Assembly: GCA_038087875.1 (NCBI GenBank)
Contig: CM075978.1
Span: forward strand, 79,732,001 to 79,796,000
From: Malacoraja senta
Lineage: Eukaryota
Length of the DNA stretch: 64,000 bases
Reading direction: 5' to 3'
The notes beneath the pieces were generated by a model that saw nothing but the letters and a program-made list of their open reading frames with translations, searched no databases and was not told the DNA's origin. The position numbers and the translations under genes were made by a program. How positions within the stretch are numbered: position 1 is the stretch's first letter; each line of letters opens with the position of its first letter. This document shows, piece after piece, positions 62,450 through 64,000 of this stretch.

Positions 62450-64000
62450 GTAGATGATCTCCGCAAAACCATCAGGGATGCCAAGAGAGGCTTCCAAATC
62501 AAGTTGGAAGCTTAATTTAATTAAGTTGATGCCAGACAATTGTGGCAGGGCCTGAGTACCATCACGAGCTGCAAGTCAAAGTCGGGAGCAATCTCGGAAT
62601 GATGCATCTCCACCAGATGTGCTTAATGCCTTTTATGCCTGATCTGAGGTGGCAAACAAAGCCCCACCAAGGCACGTCTCACCATCCTCCACTATCTCAG
62701 TCCCATATATCTTGGTGGCAAGAATCAGATCCGATTGCTAGGAAAGCAGCTGCCATATGGAGACACTGGATGGGTACTAATATTGAACGCCAATCGACTG
62801 GCCACAGTACATGTCAACATTCTCAACCTCTCGCTTCAACAGTCTTCCATCTCCATCTGCTTCAAGGAAACCTCCATCATTCCAGGCACCAAGAAAAATA
62901 AAGTGACGTGTCTCGATGTTTATAGCCCAGGAGCACAAATATAGACCAAAGTGAAGTGCTATGAAAGATTGGTAATGACCTTTGATTAGTACAGGTGTCA
63001 GAGGTTATGGGGAGAAGGCAGGAGAATGGGGTTTGGAGGGATTGAATGGTGGAGTAGACTTGATGGGCTGAATAGCCTAATTCTACTCCTATTTCTTATG
63101 ACCTTATGACCCACATTTACACCAGTCTTACAGACAATCTAAACCCTTTGCAATTTGAATACAGGTAGAATAGGTCATGTCTCTTGATCCTCATTCAGTC
63201 CTGGATCACTTTAATAATAAGAACACCTACGTAAGTATGCTATTCATTGGCTACACCTTAGCCTTCAACGTCATAATACAGAATAAACTCATCGCGACCT
63301 TGGCCTTGGGTCCCCCATCTGCAACTGCCTTGAACGATAGATCTTTTTTAATCTCTTTCCTCGACGGAGATACGACTTTTTCCGTATCGTTGCGCCTAAC
63401 ATCGTGGAGCTGGCGGTCCCTTACTGGGGATCCAAACTCGGGAGCCTGCGGACTTAACATTGTGGAACTCGTGCTCCATTGGTTGGGGATCGACTTCGGG
63501 AGCTCCAACCGCAGGAGCTCCCACCACCCCGATCGCGGGAGCTTCGCTTGCCCCGATGTGGGAGCTTCAATCGCCGGCTGCGGGAGCTTCAATAGCACTG
63601 ACTACGGATGGTTCGACTGCCCGATTGCGGGGGAAAAGAAGGGAAGATAATACGTTATTGCCTTCCATCACACAGCGCTGTGGTTGATGTTTATGTTAAT
63701 TTTAATGTAGTTGTGCGTCTTGCTGCTGTTTTGGCATGATTGTATGGCAAATCAAATTCCTTGTATGCTCTTACAAACTTGGCTAATAAATAAATTCTTT
63801 GTACCTTGTATCTTCTATCAAACAATAACCTAGACCTCAACATCAGCAAAACGAAAGAATTGGTCGTTGATCTAACGAAACAAGAGCGTGAACACAATCC
63901 TATCCTCAACGGAGCTGCTGTAGAGATAGTTGACAGCTTCAGGTTCCTAGGCATCCATATCACCAGCAACCTAACCTTCAATACTGCTGTTCAATACTGA
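62450..64000 (+). mobile_element. Degraded Rex1/Babar ORF2 with nested insertions
   Basis: NILNLSL..CFKETSIIP, TYVSMLFI.Y..AFNVII, NNLDLNISKTKELVVD and FRFLGIHI. A CR1 tail is inserted at about 62982-63110. Confidence 0.85.
63335..63812 (+). mobile_element. CpG-rich non-autonomous retroelement (copy 3)
   Basis: Invariant 21-mer at 63396-63416. Tail GGCTAATAAA followed by (TTGTAYC)n. Confidence 0.7.

Overview
Vertebrate genomic DNA, very probably a cartilaginous fish such as a skate or ray (inferred from HE1-like V-SINEs, abundant CR1 and Penelope-derived repeats). It reads as intergenic or large-intron sequence: no host gene can be identified, only one weak candidate first exon (minus strand, 13551-13678). 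Most ORFs in the track are low-complexity or transposon artefacts. Contents: a non-autonomous Helitron (39-2033); two Tc1 elements; CR1, L2, Rex1/Babar, RTE and Penelope fragments; nine V-SINEs; hAT and PIF/Harbinger MITEs; two copies of a TAG...CTA DNA transposon with 7-bp TSDs; and a fragmented endogenous retrovirus (LTR, tRNA-Ser PBS, RT, RNase H, integrase; 47793 to about 54260) split by nested insertions. The most interesting signal is a family of about 20 short, often palindromic, Penelope-derived insertions. Many have 11-15 bp TSDs and carry a minimal hammerhead-ribozyme core (CTGAAGA-A-stem II-GAAAC-GTH), so they may be a non-autonomous, ribozyme-bearing retroelement system. A second CpG-rich SINE-like family has a covarying hairpin followed by an invariant 21-mer. 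Family names come from motif recognition only; no database search was run, and fragment ends without TSDs are approximate.
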